The notes beneath the pieces are model-generated. The model did not search any database, was not told where the DNA came from, and saw nothing but the letters and a program-made list of their open reading frames with translations. Positions 1 to 10,500 of a stretch of DNA of 64,000 nt are shown piece after piece. Within the stretch, counting starts at the first letter, position 1; every line of letters begins with the position of its first letter. The translations under genes were made by a program, and so were the position numbers. The stretch is from Myxococcota bacterium (GTDB lineage: Bacteria; Myxococcota_A; Polyangia; Polyangiales; Houyiibacteriaceae). The stretch spans positions 1-64,000 of the forward strand of contig JBCCEA010000016.1 in NCBI GenBank assembly GCA_039030515.1, written 5' to 3'.

Positions 1-39
1 ACGCGCGAACGCACGTCTTTCTACGCAGAGTCTCGCGGG

Positions 40-2202
40 CTATTCGGGGAGTGCCTCTGCTCGGTTGACGATTCGTGGTGTCAGAAAGATGAGTAACTCG
101 TTGCGATCATCGACGACACGTCGTCGCTGAAAGAGGATGCCGAGCAGAGGGATATCACCAAAAAATGGAACTTGATCCAGGTTTCGTCCGGTATTTCGGG
201 TGTAGATTCCTCCGATGACCGCGGTGTTTCCGTCCGATATCAAGAGGTCGGTCTCCGCTTCTCGTTTAAGAATAGTGGGATCACCTCGGGTGCTCGTCTG
301 GGTGAAATCAGGTTCGTCGCGGGTGATCTTCACATGCATGGCTACGGAACCATCCGATGTGACGTGTGGACGAACTCGGAGTTCGAGCTTGGCCTCCTGG
401 AACGCGGTGTTCACCCCCTGAGCGCTAACCTGCGAGAAAGGAATCAAGGTGCCTTGCGCGATGTAGGCCTCGTGATTGTCCAGGGTGAGAATTCTCGGTG
501 AGCTGATAATCCTTACGGTTCCGCTAGCTTCTGCTGCGCTCAACCGTACGTTTACGTTGACGTTGCCGCCGATGTTTCCCAGCGTGAGACCTATCGCACC
601 ACCTTGGCCGGTTCCGGTGATGGCCGGTAGGTTGACGGCAAAGTTCGGCGGATTGACCACAGAGTTGAACGGAGAAAGACCCGCGGTCGGTGTATTTGCG
701 TCGAAGTTACCACCCGTGAGCGCCACGTTGCCCGGGAAACTCAGACCGGTGGGATTTCCTGTCGCCGAACTGTAGACGACATTGCCGCCCCACTGAATAC
801 CCACATCACGCGAGTACGAACTTGTCGCTTCGACTACGCGCGCCTCGATCAAAACCTGAGGAGTTTGCGTGTCGAGAGTACGTACCAACTCCTCGATATC
901 GTCGAGATTCTCGGTGATGTCGCGGACGATCATCACGTTTGTCCGCTCATCCACCGAAACGCTGCCGCGACTCGATAGAAGCTCTGCAGCGCGCGGCCTG
1001 AGATCTTCCGCAACTCCGTAGGACACCGGAACGAGTCGCGTCTCGAGAGGCGCTAGAGCGACCCGCTGCTTTTGAAGCGCGATCGCCGCCTCGCGCTCGT
1101 TTTCCAATACTTCAGCGGGCGCCACTCGGATGAGATTGCCGCGACGGACCAGCCCTAGACCCTTGGCTTGCAAGATGACATCCAGAGCCTGATCCCAAGG
1201 CACATTCCTCATGCGAATGGTTACGGTTCCGCGAACATCGTCGCTGGTGACCACGTTGACTCCGCCCACTTCCGCAAGAAGCCTCAGGATATTGTGGATG
1301 TCCGCGTCCTTGAAATCGAGATCGATACGGCGACCCGAGTAACGCGTCCGCTCCCGATTGACTCGGAGCTGAAGCGGAATGTCGGTGAGAAACGCCGCAA
1401 CCTCCCCGGTCTCCGCTTCTTCCAGGCCAAAGCGTTCCCGCGCTACGGTGCGCGATTGAGGCCGCCGGTCACCGCGACGAGGTGCAAAAAGCCACACGAT
1501 ACGATCGCGTTCACGAATTGCGGTCCCCACAGCTGCACGGTCGCGATCGACCTCGACTACCGCCCCCTCGCCCTGTTCGAGAACGCGCACCTCGCGGATC
1601 ACCCCACCGGGGCGACCACGTACCGTTCGAGCAAGCCCTTCACTGAGGACAACCTCCTCGAGATTCAGAAGAGCCGGGCCTTCTCGAGAAGAGCGTACGC
1701 GAAACTCGAGATCTCCCTGAACCTTGAGGACCACTCGTTCCCGGCCGTCTCTACGCTCGATCATCACCCCGTCGAGTTGCGCAGGTCCCGAATGAACCCC
1801 TTCCTCTTCCGATTCTACTGCCTCGCCTTCAAGGCGAATCCGAATGCTCCCAGGCTCCGCAGTCGCGCGGTAGAAAAATGGCCGAGTGAGCATCAACTCG
1901 ATACGAACCCCCTGAGACGTCGTGGTCGCCACCGTGCGGGCGATCACGCGATGGCTGCCTCGCGTCTGCACGCCACCATCGGGAAGTGCGCCGCCTTCCA
2001 CATCGACCACCACCACGCGGCCTCCGTTTCTGGAACGGATCGCGTAATCAGGCACATCAAAGGCCCCTCGAATCGAAACCTCTGCCCCCCGCTGGGCACC
2101 TTCGATCTCCACCGAACGAATCATGGGTGGCGCCGCAGAGGCAGAAAATGCAGTGAACCAAACTGCGAGGGCTGTCGCGCCCGAAGAGAACCAGGGTCGC
2201 AT
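40..2202 (-). CDS. pilQ: Type IV pilus secretin PilQ (N-terminal AMIN-like domains, C-terminal secretin domain)
   Basis: Signal peptide; IDLDFKDADIHNILRLLA; QVLIEARVVEA; VPFFGDIPLLGILF...ELLIFLTPRIV secretin motifs; AGGAG RBS; last gene of pilMNOPQ. Confidence 0.97.
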   Translation of the reverse strand: MRPWFSSGATALAVWFTAFSASAAPPMIRSVEIEGAQRGAEVSIRGAFDVPDYAIRSRNGGRVVVVDVEGGALPDGGVQTRGSHRVIARTVATTTSQGVRIELMLTRPFFYRATAEPGSIRIRLEGEAVESEEEGVHSGPAQLDGVMIERRDGRERVVLKVQGDLEFRVRSSREGPALLNLEEVVLSEGLARTVRGRPGGVIREVRVLEQGEGAVVEVDRDRAAVGTAIRERDRIVWLFAPRRGDRRPQSRTVARERFGLEEAETGEVAAFLTDIPLQLRVNRERTRYSGRRIDLDFKDADIHNILRLLAEVGGVNVVTSDDVRGTVTIRMRNVPWDQALDVILQAKGLGLVRRGNLIRVAPAEVLENEREAAIALQKQRVALAPLETRLVPVSYGVAEDLRPRAAELLSSRGSVSVDERTNVMIVRDITENLDDIEELVRTLDTQTPQVLIEARVVEATSSYSRDVGIQWGGNVVYSSATGNPTGLSFPGNVALTGGNFDANTPTAGLSPFNSVVNPPNFAVNLPAITGTGQGGAIGLTLGNIGGNVNVNVRLSAAEASGTVRIISSPRILTLDNHEAYIAQGTLIPFSQVSAQGVNTAFQEAKLELRVRPHVTSDGSVAMHVKITRDEPDFTQTSTRGDPTILKREAETDLLISDGNTAVIGGIYTRNTGRNLDQVPFFGDIPLLGILFQRRRVVDDRNELLIFLTPRIVNRAEALPE

Positions 2203-2324
2203 TCGACACTCCTATCGGATGAGCGATGTCTATGGTCGAACGCGATGGCGGCAGCATGCAAGAAATCGACTCAGTTTCGGGCAGATAACTCCAGCAGCGC
2301 CTTAGAGATCACGTTGCATCATCA

Positions 2325-2419
2325 CCTGCCGTCTGCCTCGGTTCTCCGAAGGCGTTGTGATGTTCCAGAGCGGCGAGTTCGTGGCCGAGGCATGGACTCA
2401 CTGAGTGATTAACGGCAGG
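2325..2419. other. Nested inverted repeats (possible structured RNA) in the pilP-pilQ spacer
   Basis: cctgccgt 2325-2332 pairs with acggcagg 2412-2419; tgcctcgg 2334-2341 pairs with ccgaggca 2385-2392. Confidence 0.45.
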
Positions 2420-2457
2420 GGCTCAAAAAGCCGCGGCCTAACCGAGAACGGATCGAT

Positions 2458-3072
2458 TTAGCGCCTCGAGCTCAGAGTTTGCCTTGGCGCCTCGAGCAGT
2501 TCCCCTTCTTCATAAAGTGGGACCACTCGGGTCAGAGGTGGCCGGGTCGGCGCCGTGGGATCGTCGCGGGTGAGGACCACCTCTGCCGGGCGGATCCGAT
2601 CCACCCTCCAGTTAAGCGTGACCGGCATGGCGTCCTCTCCACCGGTCTGCACGATCTCTGCCCTGCCGATATATTCTCCCCGCTTCACCACATGGCCCAC
2701 ACCCTGAGGATCGACCAGCATCGCGCGAGGCTGATCGCTCCCACTGACGATGGCGATAAGACTCATCTCGTCGATGGCCACACTCGGCATGGTGACTCGG
2801 CGCTGGACCGAGCCAGAGGGACGCGCCTTGAACACCCGAGCATAACCTCGAAATGGATCCCGGTTCTGAACGTCAAGCTCGACGAAATGTTCATCTCGAT
2901 ATCCTAAAGCCTTAAAACCCGCGTCTGCCTCCGCCGCATCATCTGGCTCTGGTGGAGGCGCTTCCGCAGCGCGGCTCGGTGCAATCGCCGGTCCGACCTG
3001 AGCCGGCTCATCGCAACTGGCCATCGAAACGAGTAGGCCGAATGCAAGCCATGAAGTTCCCGCGCATCTCAT
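2458..3072 (-). CDS. pilP: Type IV pilus assembly lipoprotein PilP
   Basis: Lipobox-like MASC; RDPF motif; RAMLVDPQGVGHVVKRGEYIG; located between pilO and pilQ. Confidence 0.9.
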   Translation of the reverse strand: MRCAGTSWLAFGLLVSMASCDEPAQVGPAIAPSRAAEAPPPEPDDAAEADAGFKALGYRDEHFVELDVQNRDPFRGYARVFKARPSGSVQRRVTMPSVAIDEMSLIAIVSGSDQPRAMLVDPQGVGHVVKRGEYIGRAEIVQTGGEDAMPVTLNWRVDRIRPAEVVLTRDDPTAPTRPPLTRVVPLYEEGELLEAPRQTLSSRR

Positions 3073-3668
3073 GAGGCACCTCCAGACGAAGCCGATTCTT
3101 CTGCAGGGCGGCGAAAGGTTGTCGCCAATACATCTACCCGAAGCCGCACTTCGTCCGCCTCGAGCGAGGGCTCCCGCAAGGCGACATTCTCCATATTAAT
3201 GGCTCGTTCCAGCTGGCTTACGTTGAAAAAGAATTTGGCGAGCTGATGAAAGCGTCCGCTCAAGCCCAAGGTGACCGGCAATCGAACGTAAAGCTCTTGT
3301 GCCTCCTCCGGTCTTGGCTCCACCAAACGCATGCGCAAGCCACTGAGCTCAGCGAGGCGGTTTAGATCTTGTAAAAACGACGCAATTTCAGCGTCTGCAG
3401 GTAGTACTCGCTTGTTCGCTCGATCCACTGCCTCACGATTGGCGAGTTCTCGGGTGACCTGCAGATACTCGGTCTGCCTTCTTCGCGCTTCCTGTTCTTG
3501 CGCGATCAGCTGATTGAACTGCGACTTGGCTGCGTTGATGTCGTCAGCGAGCGGAACGTGAAGCAGTACGTAATACAGCATGCCGAGCACACCGAGGACC
3601 GGAACGATCACCGCCGCCTTAACCGCGGTTGGCAGACTGCCAAAACTCTGGATTCCCGCGTCGGCCAT
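3069..3668 (-). CDS. pilO: Type IV pilus assembly protein PilO
   Basis: One N-terminal TM, coiled coil, LP.DAEIASFLQDLNRLAELSGL, GRFHQLAKFFFNVSQLERAIN; operon position. Confidence 0.93.
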   Translation of the reverse strand: MADAGIQSFGSLPTAVKAAVIVPVLGVLGMLYYVLLHVPLADDINAAKSQFNQLIAQEQEARRRQTEYLQVTRELANREAVDRANKRVLPADAEIASFLQDLNRLAELSGLRMRLVEPRPEEAQELYVRLPVTLGLSGRFHQLAKFFFNVSQLERAINMENVALREPSLEADEVRLRVDVLATTFRRPAEESASSGGAS

Positions 3669-4318
3669 CAGTAGGTCACCTGTCCTGTTAGCTCGAACCT
3701 AATGAGTTCAAGCCCTGTTTCATCATCGCGCGCCTCTTCGGTTTTGGTGAGCGTGACCGACTCAAAGAGCTCCGAAAGGCTGAGGCGGTTTAGGAATTCG
3801 GCGACGTCTTCATTGGTCTTGCCTCGGCCCTTGACGATGAACTCTCGCTCGTTCTCCTGAAACTCTTCGAGCCACAACCGACGCACATCCCAACTTCGAT
3901 TGAAACCGCAGAGCGGATTGATCCTCCGGCACTCCTCAAGAGAAAGCGGATCGATGGTAGGTCCACCCTCGGCACTCAGCACCTGACTCAGTTCCATCAA
4001 CAGTCGCGTGGGCCCAGTTCGGCCTTTGTTTAGGTCGGAGACAACGGCTTCGAGACGCTGACTGCGCTCGAGTTGAGACTTCACCAAATCAAGGCGGGCG
4101 CTCTCCGCTTTGATCTGCTGGATGCGCTGATTGAGCTGCGCGTTGGACCGCTGCTGGGCCTCGAGAACATCGTGCTTCAGGAAGTACACCACCGCGAGCA
4201 CGATGCAGAAGACCACGGCTGAACCAAGGTACGACAGGAACCAGATCGTGTCGTTTCCATCGCCCGCCGTGGTCCGCGCCTGTTTCCGCGCTTCAGGGAG
4301 AAGGTTAATGCGGATCAT
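3668..4318 (-). CDS. pilN: Type IV pilus assembly protein PilN
   Basis: N-terminal MIRINLLP motif, TM, coiled coil; overlaps pilM and pilO ends. Confidence 0.95.
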   Translation of the reverse strand: MIRINLLPEARKQARTTAGDGNDTIWFLSYLGSAVVFCIVLAVVYFLKHDVLEAQQRSNAQLNQRIQQIKAESARLDLVKSQLERSQRLEAVVSDLNKGRTGPTRLLMELSQVLSAEGGPTIDPLSLEECRRINPLCGFNRSWDVRRLWLEEFQENEREFIVKGRGKTNEDVAEFLNRLSLSELFESVTLTKTEEARDDETGLELIRFELTGQVTY

Positions 4319-5373
4319 TCAGGACGCTCCTTCTCTTTGCGGAGCGCCAAGCCCATCGCTACCGTGGCTTGTGCGGTCCGCCCGTCGAGAACCGTTGGGT
4401 CCACAGTTTTTGAGTCTGGCGTGGCGACCCGCAGGGGGTCGAGCACTTCGACGGGTACGCGAGCCCGCGAATGCACCGCCTCCAGCAGCACCTGCACGTT
4501 CGCCGTACCCCCTGAAACGTAAATCCGAGTGAGATCTCGATTGCCGCTGGTCGCCAAATAGAAGTCGAGCGATCTTTGGATCTCTCCGCTCAGCTGTTCT
4601 ATCGCTTGAGCGATGATGTCTGGCACTTCCTTTGGAACGATGCCGCGACCATCACCACCGCACTTGTAGGCCTCGGCTTCTTCGCGACTGATGCTCAGCT
4701 GCCGCTGAATCTCCTCGGTGACCGATTGCCCGCCCGTCGCGACATCCCTAGTGAAGGCGGTCGACCCGTCGCTGAGGATATTGACTGTGGAAAGCGAAGC
4801 ACCGACGTGGATGAGGACGATCGTCTCGTTTTCTGAAGGTGCTCCGTATCCTTGCTCATAGACGTTTTGTATCGTGAACGCATCCAGATCGACCACGAGT
4901 GGCTTCAACCGCGCTTCGTACGCCAGATTTGTGAGATCGGAAACCTCTTCTTTTTTTGCTGCGACAAGAAGCACCTCCATCTGTCCCTGGTCCGGACGAC
5001 GCTTCAACACCTGATGGTCGATATGAACTTCGGCGAGATCGAAAGGAATATGCTGCTCTGCCTCCCAGTTGATCTGCTCATCGAGTTCGGCCGAAGTCAT
5101 GATCGGCATCGAAATCTTCTTGATGATGACGCTATGTCCGCTTGCTCGGAGCGCGACCTGGCGTCGCTTCGATTTGTGAAAGAGCTTTTCCAGCCCTTCG
5201 ACCACGGCACCAGAGTTGATGATGTGCCCATCGACGATCGTCTCAGCCGGCAGCGGATGAAAGCCGAACCTCGTTAGGGCGCGGGCCCCACCTCGGCCCT
5301 CACGCACCTCGCACACTTTGATGGAACTGGACCCGATGTCCACTCCGACTAAATTCTTACCCTCCGACACCAT
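4315..5373 (-). CDS. pilM: Type IV pilus assembly ATP-binding protein PilM (start probably ATG 5373; ORF open to 5400)
   Basis: Actin-like VGVDIGSSSIKV, WEAEQHIPF, EIQRSLDFY, GLALR. Confidence 0.96.
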   Translation of the reverse strand: MVSEGKNLVGVDIGSSSIKVCEVREGRGGARALTRFGFHPLPAETIVDGHIINSGAVVEGLEKLFHKSKRRQVALRASGHSVIIKKISMPIMTSAELDEQINWEAEQHIPFDLAEVHIDHQVLKRRPDQGQMEVLLVAAKKEEVSDLTNLAYEARLKPLVVDLDAFTIQNVYEQGYGAPSENETIVLIHVGASLSTVNILSDGSTAFTRDVATGGQSVTEEIQRQLSISREEAEAYKCGGDGRGIVPKEVPDIIAQAIEQLSGEIQRSLDFYLATSGNRDLTRIYVSGGTANVQVLLEAVHSRARVPVEVLDPLRVATPDSKTVDPTVLDGRTAQATVAMGLALRKEKERPE

Positions 5374-5383
5374 GACGAGGCAT

Positions 5384-5848
5384 TCACTCCTCCTCGCCAA
5401 ACACGCGAACGCGCTCAGCGAGGCTTAAACCGAGAGCTTCCAGGATCTTCCGCTTTGTGTTCATGCGGCAACCGTATCCCTTTTCTACCCGATCGATCGT
5501 CAACACCGAGAGGTTTGCGCGTCGCGCCAGTTCTGCTTTGGACATCATCCGCTCGATGCGAATGCGTCGTACGTTGTTGGGCCTCTTGCCTTGCTTGGAC
5601 TTTTCAGGACTTGAAGCTGACTTCTTCACGTCGGCTACGGGCTCTGAGCCCAGGCCAGGCTCTACGGCATCGACCCGTGAGGACGCCGTTTCTACTGAGA
5701 AACCCGTCTCCTCCTGGGATTGGAGACCTAAGCGCTCCTCGGGAGCATGGGTCTCAGTGGTCTCGCCCGAAGTCTGCGTAGCTGCGTCCCCATCAACGCG
5801 AGATGGAGTCGGAGGCAGCCCCTTGTTCTCGTGATCCATGAGCGGCAC
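5384..5848 (-). CDS. XRE-family HTH protein with low-complexity N-terminus, first gene of the pil operon
   Basis: NNVRRIRIERMMSKAELARRANLSVLTIDRVEKGYGCRMNTKRKILEALG; 10 bp from the pilM start. Confidence 0.85.
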   Translation of the reverse strand: MPLMDHENKGLPPTPSRVDGDAATQTSGETTETHAPEERLGLQSQEETGFSVETASSRVDAVEPGLGSEPVADVKKSASSPEKSKQGKRPNNVRRIRIERMMSKAELARRANLSVLTIDRVEKGYGCRMNTKRKILEALGLSLAERVRVFGEEE

Positions 5849-5878
5849 TGACGCAATTATCCTTATCGAACCCCTTTG

Positions 5879-5907
5879 ACGTTATGGCTGAAACGCCAAA
5901 GCGTCAA
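5879..5907 (-). promoter_or_regulatory. Putative sigma70-type promoter of HTH-pilMNOPQ, embedded in a palindrome
   Basis: Minus strand TTGACG (5907-5902), 17 nt spacer, TAACGT (5884-5879); AT-rich tract upstream. Confidence 0.5.
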
Positions 5908-6263
5908 GCAATTCGAAGCAATTACAGCTAAATTCATACTATAATTAGATATATTTCATGGGGATTCAAGGTCACCCTCACCGGACTTCATGGCCGCGAT
6001 TTGGGTTACACCCACAGTTCACCTCTCGGTTGTCAAGGAACGAAAGAGTGTGACGATGGTGGCATCCTGAGGCACGAATCCGCAAAAAAACCACCTGTGT
6101 GTTTCCGGCGCTGGATTGCTTCACTGCAGGTCGTGCGCTACGTCGCGTGCTGTCGGACAAGGGTTCGAGTGCTCGCCGCTCGAGTCACCCCAATTGAGTT
6201 CGCTGCCAAACGAGCGGCAACCGTGAGTTGATTCGACATCCACCCGCTAGATAGCCCTCTGCT

Positions 6264-7238
6264 ATGCCGGTTACGACATCCCGGATTCTCCCAAAAGCAC
6301 TGGCATTAGTCGCTCCGTTTCTGCTCTTCGCGCTCACTTGTGGTGTGGCGCCAGGATCCGCTTACGCTCAGCGCGAGCATCGCGTTCGGTCGGGGCAAAC
6401 CCTGAGCCAAATCGCGCGACGCTACAGAGTGACGGTGTCGAGCCTTGCGGGAGCAAACCATCTTCAGCTTCGTTCGACCATTCGCCCCGGCAGGGTGCTT
6501 CGCGTACCTGATCCTGGGGAGATCTTCGTGATGCGAGGGCAGAGCCTCAGCCAGATCGCCAGGCAGCACCACACCACGGTCCAGGCACTGATTCGGACAA
6601 ACCGGCTGAGCGCAAGCTCCGTTCTCACCGCAGGTCAAAGGCTTATGGTCCCGGGTGCCGAACGACGTCAAACGAGACAGTGGGGGCGACCTCGAACGCC
6701 CGGAGTCGTGACCCTCGTGCGCGGAGGCACGTCCGAGCGGATTCGGATTCGACTCGTGGATCGTCGCGGGAGAACAAGACCCGCCGCTTTACGGGTGCTC
6801 CGCCGCCTGATGCGCCACCGCAGCGGTGTGACTCGAACGCCACACCGAAGACTGCCTCGGCTACTCACGCGCATTTCCGATCACTTTGGGGGACGTCCGA
6901 TCCATATCATGAGCGGAGTCCGGCCCGTCGGTGGATTCACCCGCGCGTCGAGCCGACACGTGGCGGGAAAAGCTATCGATCTACGCGTCCAAGGAGTGCC
7001 CAATACTGCCGTGAGAGACTACTGCAGGCGCCTGCCGGCGGTGGGCGTCGGTTTCTATCCGAACAGTTCTTTTGTGCATGTGGATACACGGAAGCGCCGG
7101 GCCTATTGGGTCGACTATTCTCGCCCTGGAGAGGCTCCTCAGTACGATGAGCCAGGCGGTGAAACGGCACGACAGCATGCCCACGAGAGCGCGCCCTCCA
7201 CCACCGGAGTGCCGGGGGAGCCAAACTCTGGCTCGTAA
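6264..7238 (+). CDS. Secreted 2x LysM + peptidase M15/YcbK (DUF882-like) peptidoglycan peptidase
   Basis: Signal peptide; two LysM repeats (VRSGQTLSQIARRY, VMRGQSLSQIARQH); M15 Zn motifs SRHVAGKAIDL and FVHVD. Confidence 0.88.
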   Translation: MPVTTSRILPKALALVAPFLLFALTCGVAPGSAYAQREHRVRSGQTLSQIARRYRVTVSSLAGANHLQLRSTIRPGRVLRVPDPGEIFVMRGQSLSQIARQHHTTVQALIRTNRLSASSVLTAGQRLMVPGAERRQTRQWGRPRTPGVVTLVRGGTSERIRIRLVDRRGRTRPAALRVLRRLMRHRSGVTRTPHRRLPRLLTRISDHFGGRPIHIMSGVRPVGGFTRASSRHVAGKAIDLRVQGVPNTAVRDYCRRLPAVGVGFYPNSSFVHVDTRKRRAYWVDYSRPGEAPQYDEPGGETARQHAHESAPSTTGVPGEPNSGS

Positions 7239-7322
7239 ACGCATCCCAATTCGGATGAGGAGCGTCGTGCAGCTAAGGAATACCGCTCCAAACGGTCGCC
7301 CGTTCTCTGTGATCTCCTCTGT

Positions 7323-7565
7323 TTAGGAGGCGTCGTCCTTTTTTTGTGCCTGACTGGCATCTACGCAGGCCTGAGGTATCGAAGGTGAATCCTCACAAAA
7401 CCCGTCGACACAGGATCGAAGCAAGCCGCAGGTTGCCCCAGGGTTGCAGTCCAAAAGCGAGCTGCATGGATCTCCCACCGGGTTCGGCTCCTCCAAATCC
7501 CGAGGACAACCACCGAGAACAAACGCAATGAGCACGACTAGCCCCCAGCATGGCAACGGATGCAC
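7323..7565 (-). CDS. Small Cys-rich lipoprotein (start probably GTG 7565)
   Basis: Hydrophobic stretch + LGGC lipobox; CSSLLDCNPGATC...CVDGFC; starts 2 bp after the stop of the upstream activator. Confidence 0.6.
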   Translation of the reverse strand: MHPLPCWGLVVLIAFVLGGCPRDLEEPNPVGDPCSSLLDCNPGATCGLLRSCVDGFCEDSPSIPQACVDASQAQKKDDAS

Positions 7566-7567
7566 CC

Positions 7568-10500
7568 TCAAAGTATGCCGTACTCTTTGAGACGTCGGTA
7601 GAAGGTCCTTCGCGGCATGGATACGGACTTTGCTGCGCGCGCCCGATTCCATCCAGTGGCTTCGAGTGCAGAAAGTATGCGCTCCTTCTCCGCTTCCTTG
7701 TAATCGTGCAAAGACTTCGGCACGGCCTCACCATCTTGACCCGAGCTTTGCACGTGGGTGTCCTTCGAATCCCTCTCCTGTGCATCCACCCTCTCCTGTG
7801 CATCCAATTGGGCCGGCGCTGCTTCGGTGATCACCAAATCGTCCACGTCGATCGAGGCGCCTTCCACCATCACACAGGCATTGGCCAATAGGTGCTCCAG
7901 TTGACGAACGTTGCCCGGCAACGGGTGAGCGGCGAGCGCTCGAAGAGCCGACCCCGTAAGGCGCTTTGTGTCAGCACCTTGTCGAGCAGAGATTTTACAC
8001 AATAAATGCTCACAAATCAGATGCAGATCTTCCGCTCTCTCTCGCAGCGGCGGCAAGCAAATTTCAACTACATGAAGCCGGTAAAAGAGATCTGCCCGAA
8101 AGACCCCTGACGCAACCAAGTCTGGTAAATATTTGTTCGATGCACAGACAACGCGAATATTGACCTCTTCGTCTACATCGCTACCCAACTTACGCACGCG
8201 TCCTTCTTGGAGCACTCGGAGCAATACGGTCTGCATCCGCGCGGACATATCACCAAGTTCATCGAGAAAAAGGGTCCCTCCTGAACTTCTCGCCACAACA
8301 CCGTCTCTGTCGACTGTGGCTCCACTAAACGCACCTTTCATGTAACCAAACAGCTCGCTCTCCACGAGCGAATCGGGAATCGCAGCGCAGTTGACCGCCA
8401 CGAACGGCCCGCTCTGACGCGGACCGCTTAGGTGAATGGCCTTAGCCACCAATTCTTTACCGGTACCGCTTTCTCCCTGAAGAACCACCGGCACATCGGC
8501 GTGGCATACCCTGTCGATTCGTGCGTAGACGCGACGCATTGCCGCGCTGCAACCTACGATACCGAACTTCTCGTAGCCGAGCTGAGTCGGGGAGCGAGCA
8601 CCACCTTGATCACGACGGCTCATGGACGCGTTGTTCATCGAGGCTAGTTCTTCGGTGCGGGCGGCGAGAACGCGTTCGATCTCTCTATTTGCAAGCGTGA
8701 GCTCCGCATTTGTGCGTTCGAGATCGCGGTTTTTTGAGTCGTTTTCTTCGACAAGCCTGGCATGTTCGTACGCGATCGCGGCGAGCTCCGCGAATGCGAG
8801 GAGCAGATCGACATCCTCCTCTTGAAAGCGGCAGCGACGGGTTCGATGCTCGAGATACAGCACACCGATGGGTCCGCGAACGCTCCGAATTGGAAAACCG
8901 GCGACCGACTTGAGCATCAAACGATGAACGGAGACGTACTCATCAAGCCTTGGATCGTCGAGCGCATCGACCGCGGTAAGCGGCTCTCCGTCGATGAGCA
9001 CCGCTTCGGCGATCGAGCGACTAAAGGCAACGTGTGGATCTGACGCGCCCAGCGTGGAGTCCCGAACCAAGTGCGGGTCGAGAACTCCATTGGGTCCGAG
9101 CAAGAGGACAATGCCCCGTTCGGCCCCTGACAGAGCGACCGCGCTGTCAATAATGCGCTCGACCAGACTGTCCCTGCTTCGTTCGGAAGCGAGCTGCTTG
9201 GTGATCTCGATAAGGTGTCGCATCCGAGTTCTGACAAAACTCGAGGCAGAACTCGGGTCTCGTGCCTGATCGGTCGGCGCGGATGTTTGCAAATCTAGAC
9301 GAGAAGATGCCCGATGCCGCAAATCTCTACGACGCGGATCGTGCCAAAACGACTCTTGAAATTCAGGAGGAAGCCCAACAGCAATCGATTCAAGTACCCC
9401 CAGGGCCAGCGCGTCCCAACGTTCGGCCCGAGCCTCTGCGCCCCGACCTGCATTCAATCGCCCGAGTTCAGCGAGCGCCCTCCACTCGACCGTCCGGCAG
9501 CGTGCCTCCTTTGCCCGCTGCGCCAATGCTTCAAGAGAGGAAAGGGCTCCCTCGACATCACCATGGCTGCCCTGCGCACGGGCGAGCATCAGATCGAATG
9601 AAAGATGCAAATCTTCACCTGGCTCCTGCTGCAGGAGATTCCCTGCGTAAGCCAAGTGGCTCGAAGCCAAAGTGCTATCGGCGAGTGCATCTCTATTCAG
9701 CAGCGCCTCTGCAACGTCGATATGCACTTCAGCCATCTCGCGACTCATGGCTAACGACCGGTAGTGCGACAGAGCTTCGTCGTAATACCGCAAACCGAGC
9801 TCAAAATCGGAGGCGCGAATGGCAAGTTCTGCAAGCACGTGCACGCTAAGCGCAAGAGACACCTCGAACTCCGCCTCTTCTGACTGTGTTCGCGCTGTTT
9901 CCGCCTCCGACCTGGCTCGTTCATAGAGACCTAAATAGGCATTAAGATGAGCCAGATTGGCAGCTGCCATAATCTCCGTGGAGCGCCTCGCAGCGCGACG
10001 AGCAAAACACCTTGCGGATGCATACAGTTTCGCCGCAGCGGCATAGTTTCCGAGCGCATAGTGAACAGCCCCCGCGTTCATCGAGAAAACCGCCAGACTA
10101 CTAACGTCTCCAAGACCTCTCACGACATCGAGAATCCGATCGTAGAGCGCCTTCGCCTTCGAAAAATCACCGGCTCTTTGATAGTCGATGGCCAGGTAAC
10201 CAAGAACGTTGGCCTCATCTCGCAGAGAGCCGAAATTGGAGGCGATACGAGACGCCGTGCGGAAGAGGTCTCGCGCTCGCTCCCTCCGTCCGGCATAGCT
10301 GTGAACCATCCCGGCTGAAGTGAGTAGCTCAATGCGAACGGGAGAATCCTCTTCGAGCAAGGCAAGCGCCCCATCCACCGCGGAAAGCACGTCCGCATGC
10401 GCGCCACGGCGGAGCAGTATTTTGACCTGCTCCCTCATCGCAGTAGCTCGCACAAGGGCACTCGCATCATTTGGCACGGTCTGCAGTACTGCGAGCGCTT

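Noticed and set aside
1168..2412. 414-aa + strand ORF antisense to pilQ
   Set aside because: No recognisable motifs; typical shadow ORF from high-GC codon bias
5849..6263. GEMM riboswitch upstream of pilM, as in Geobacter
   Set aside because: No AAACC...GGGACG(C/G)AAAGC signature seen on the minus strand
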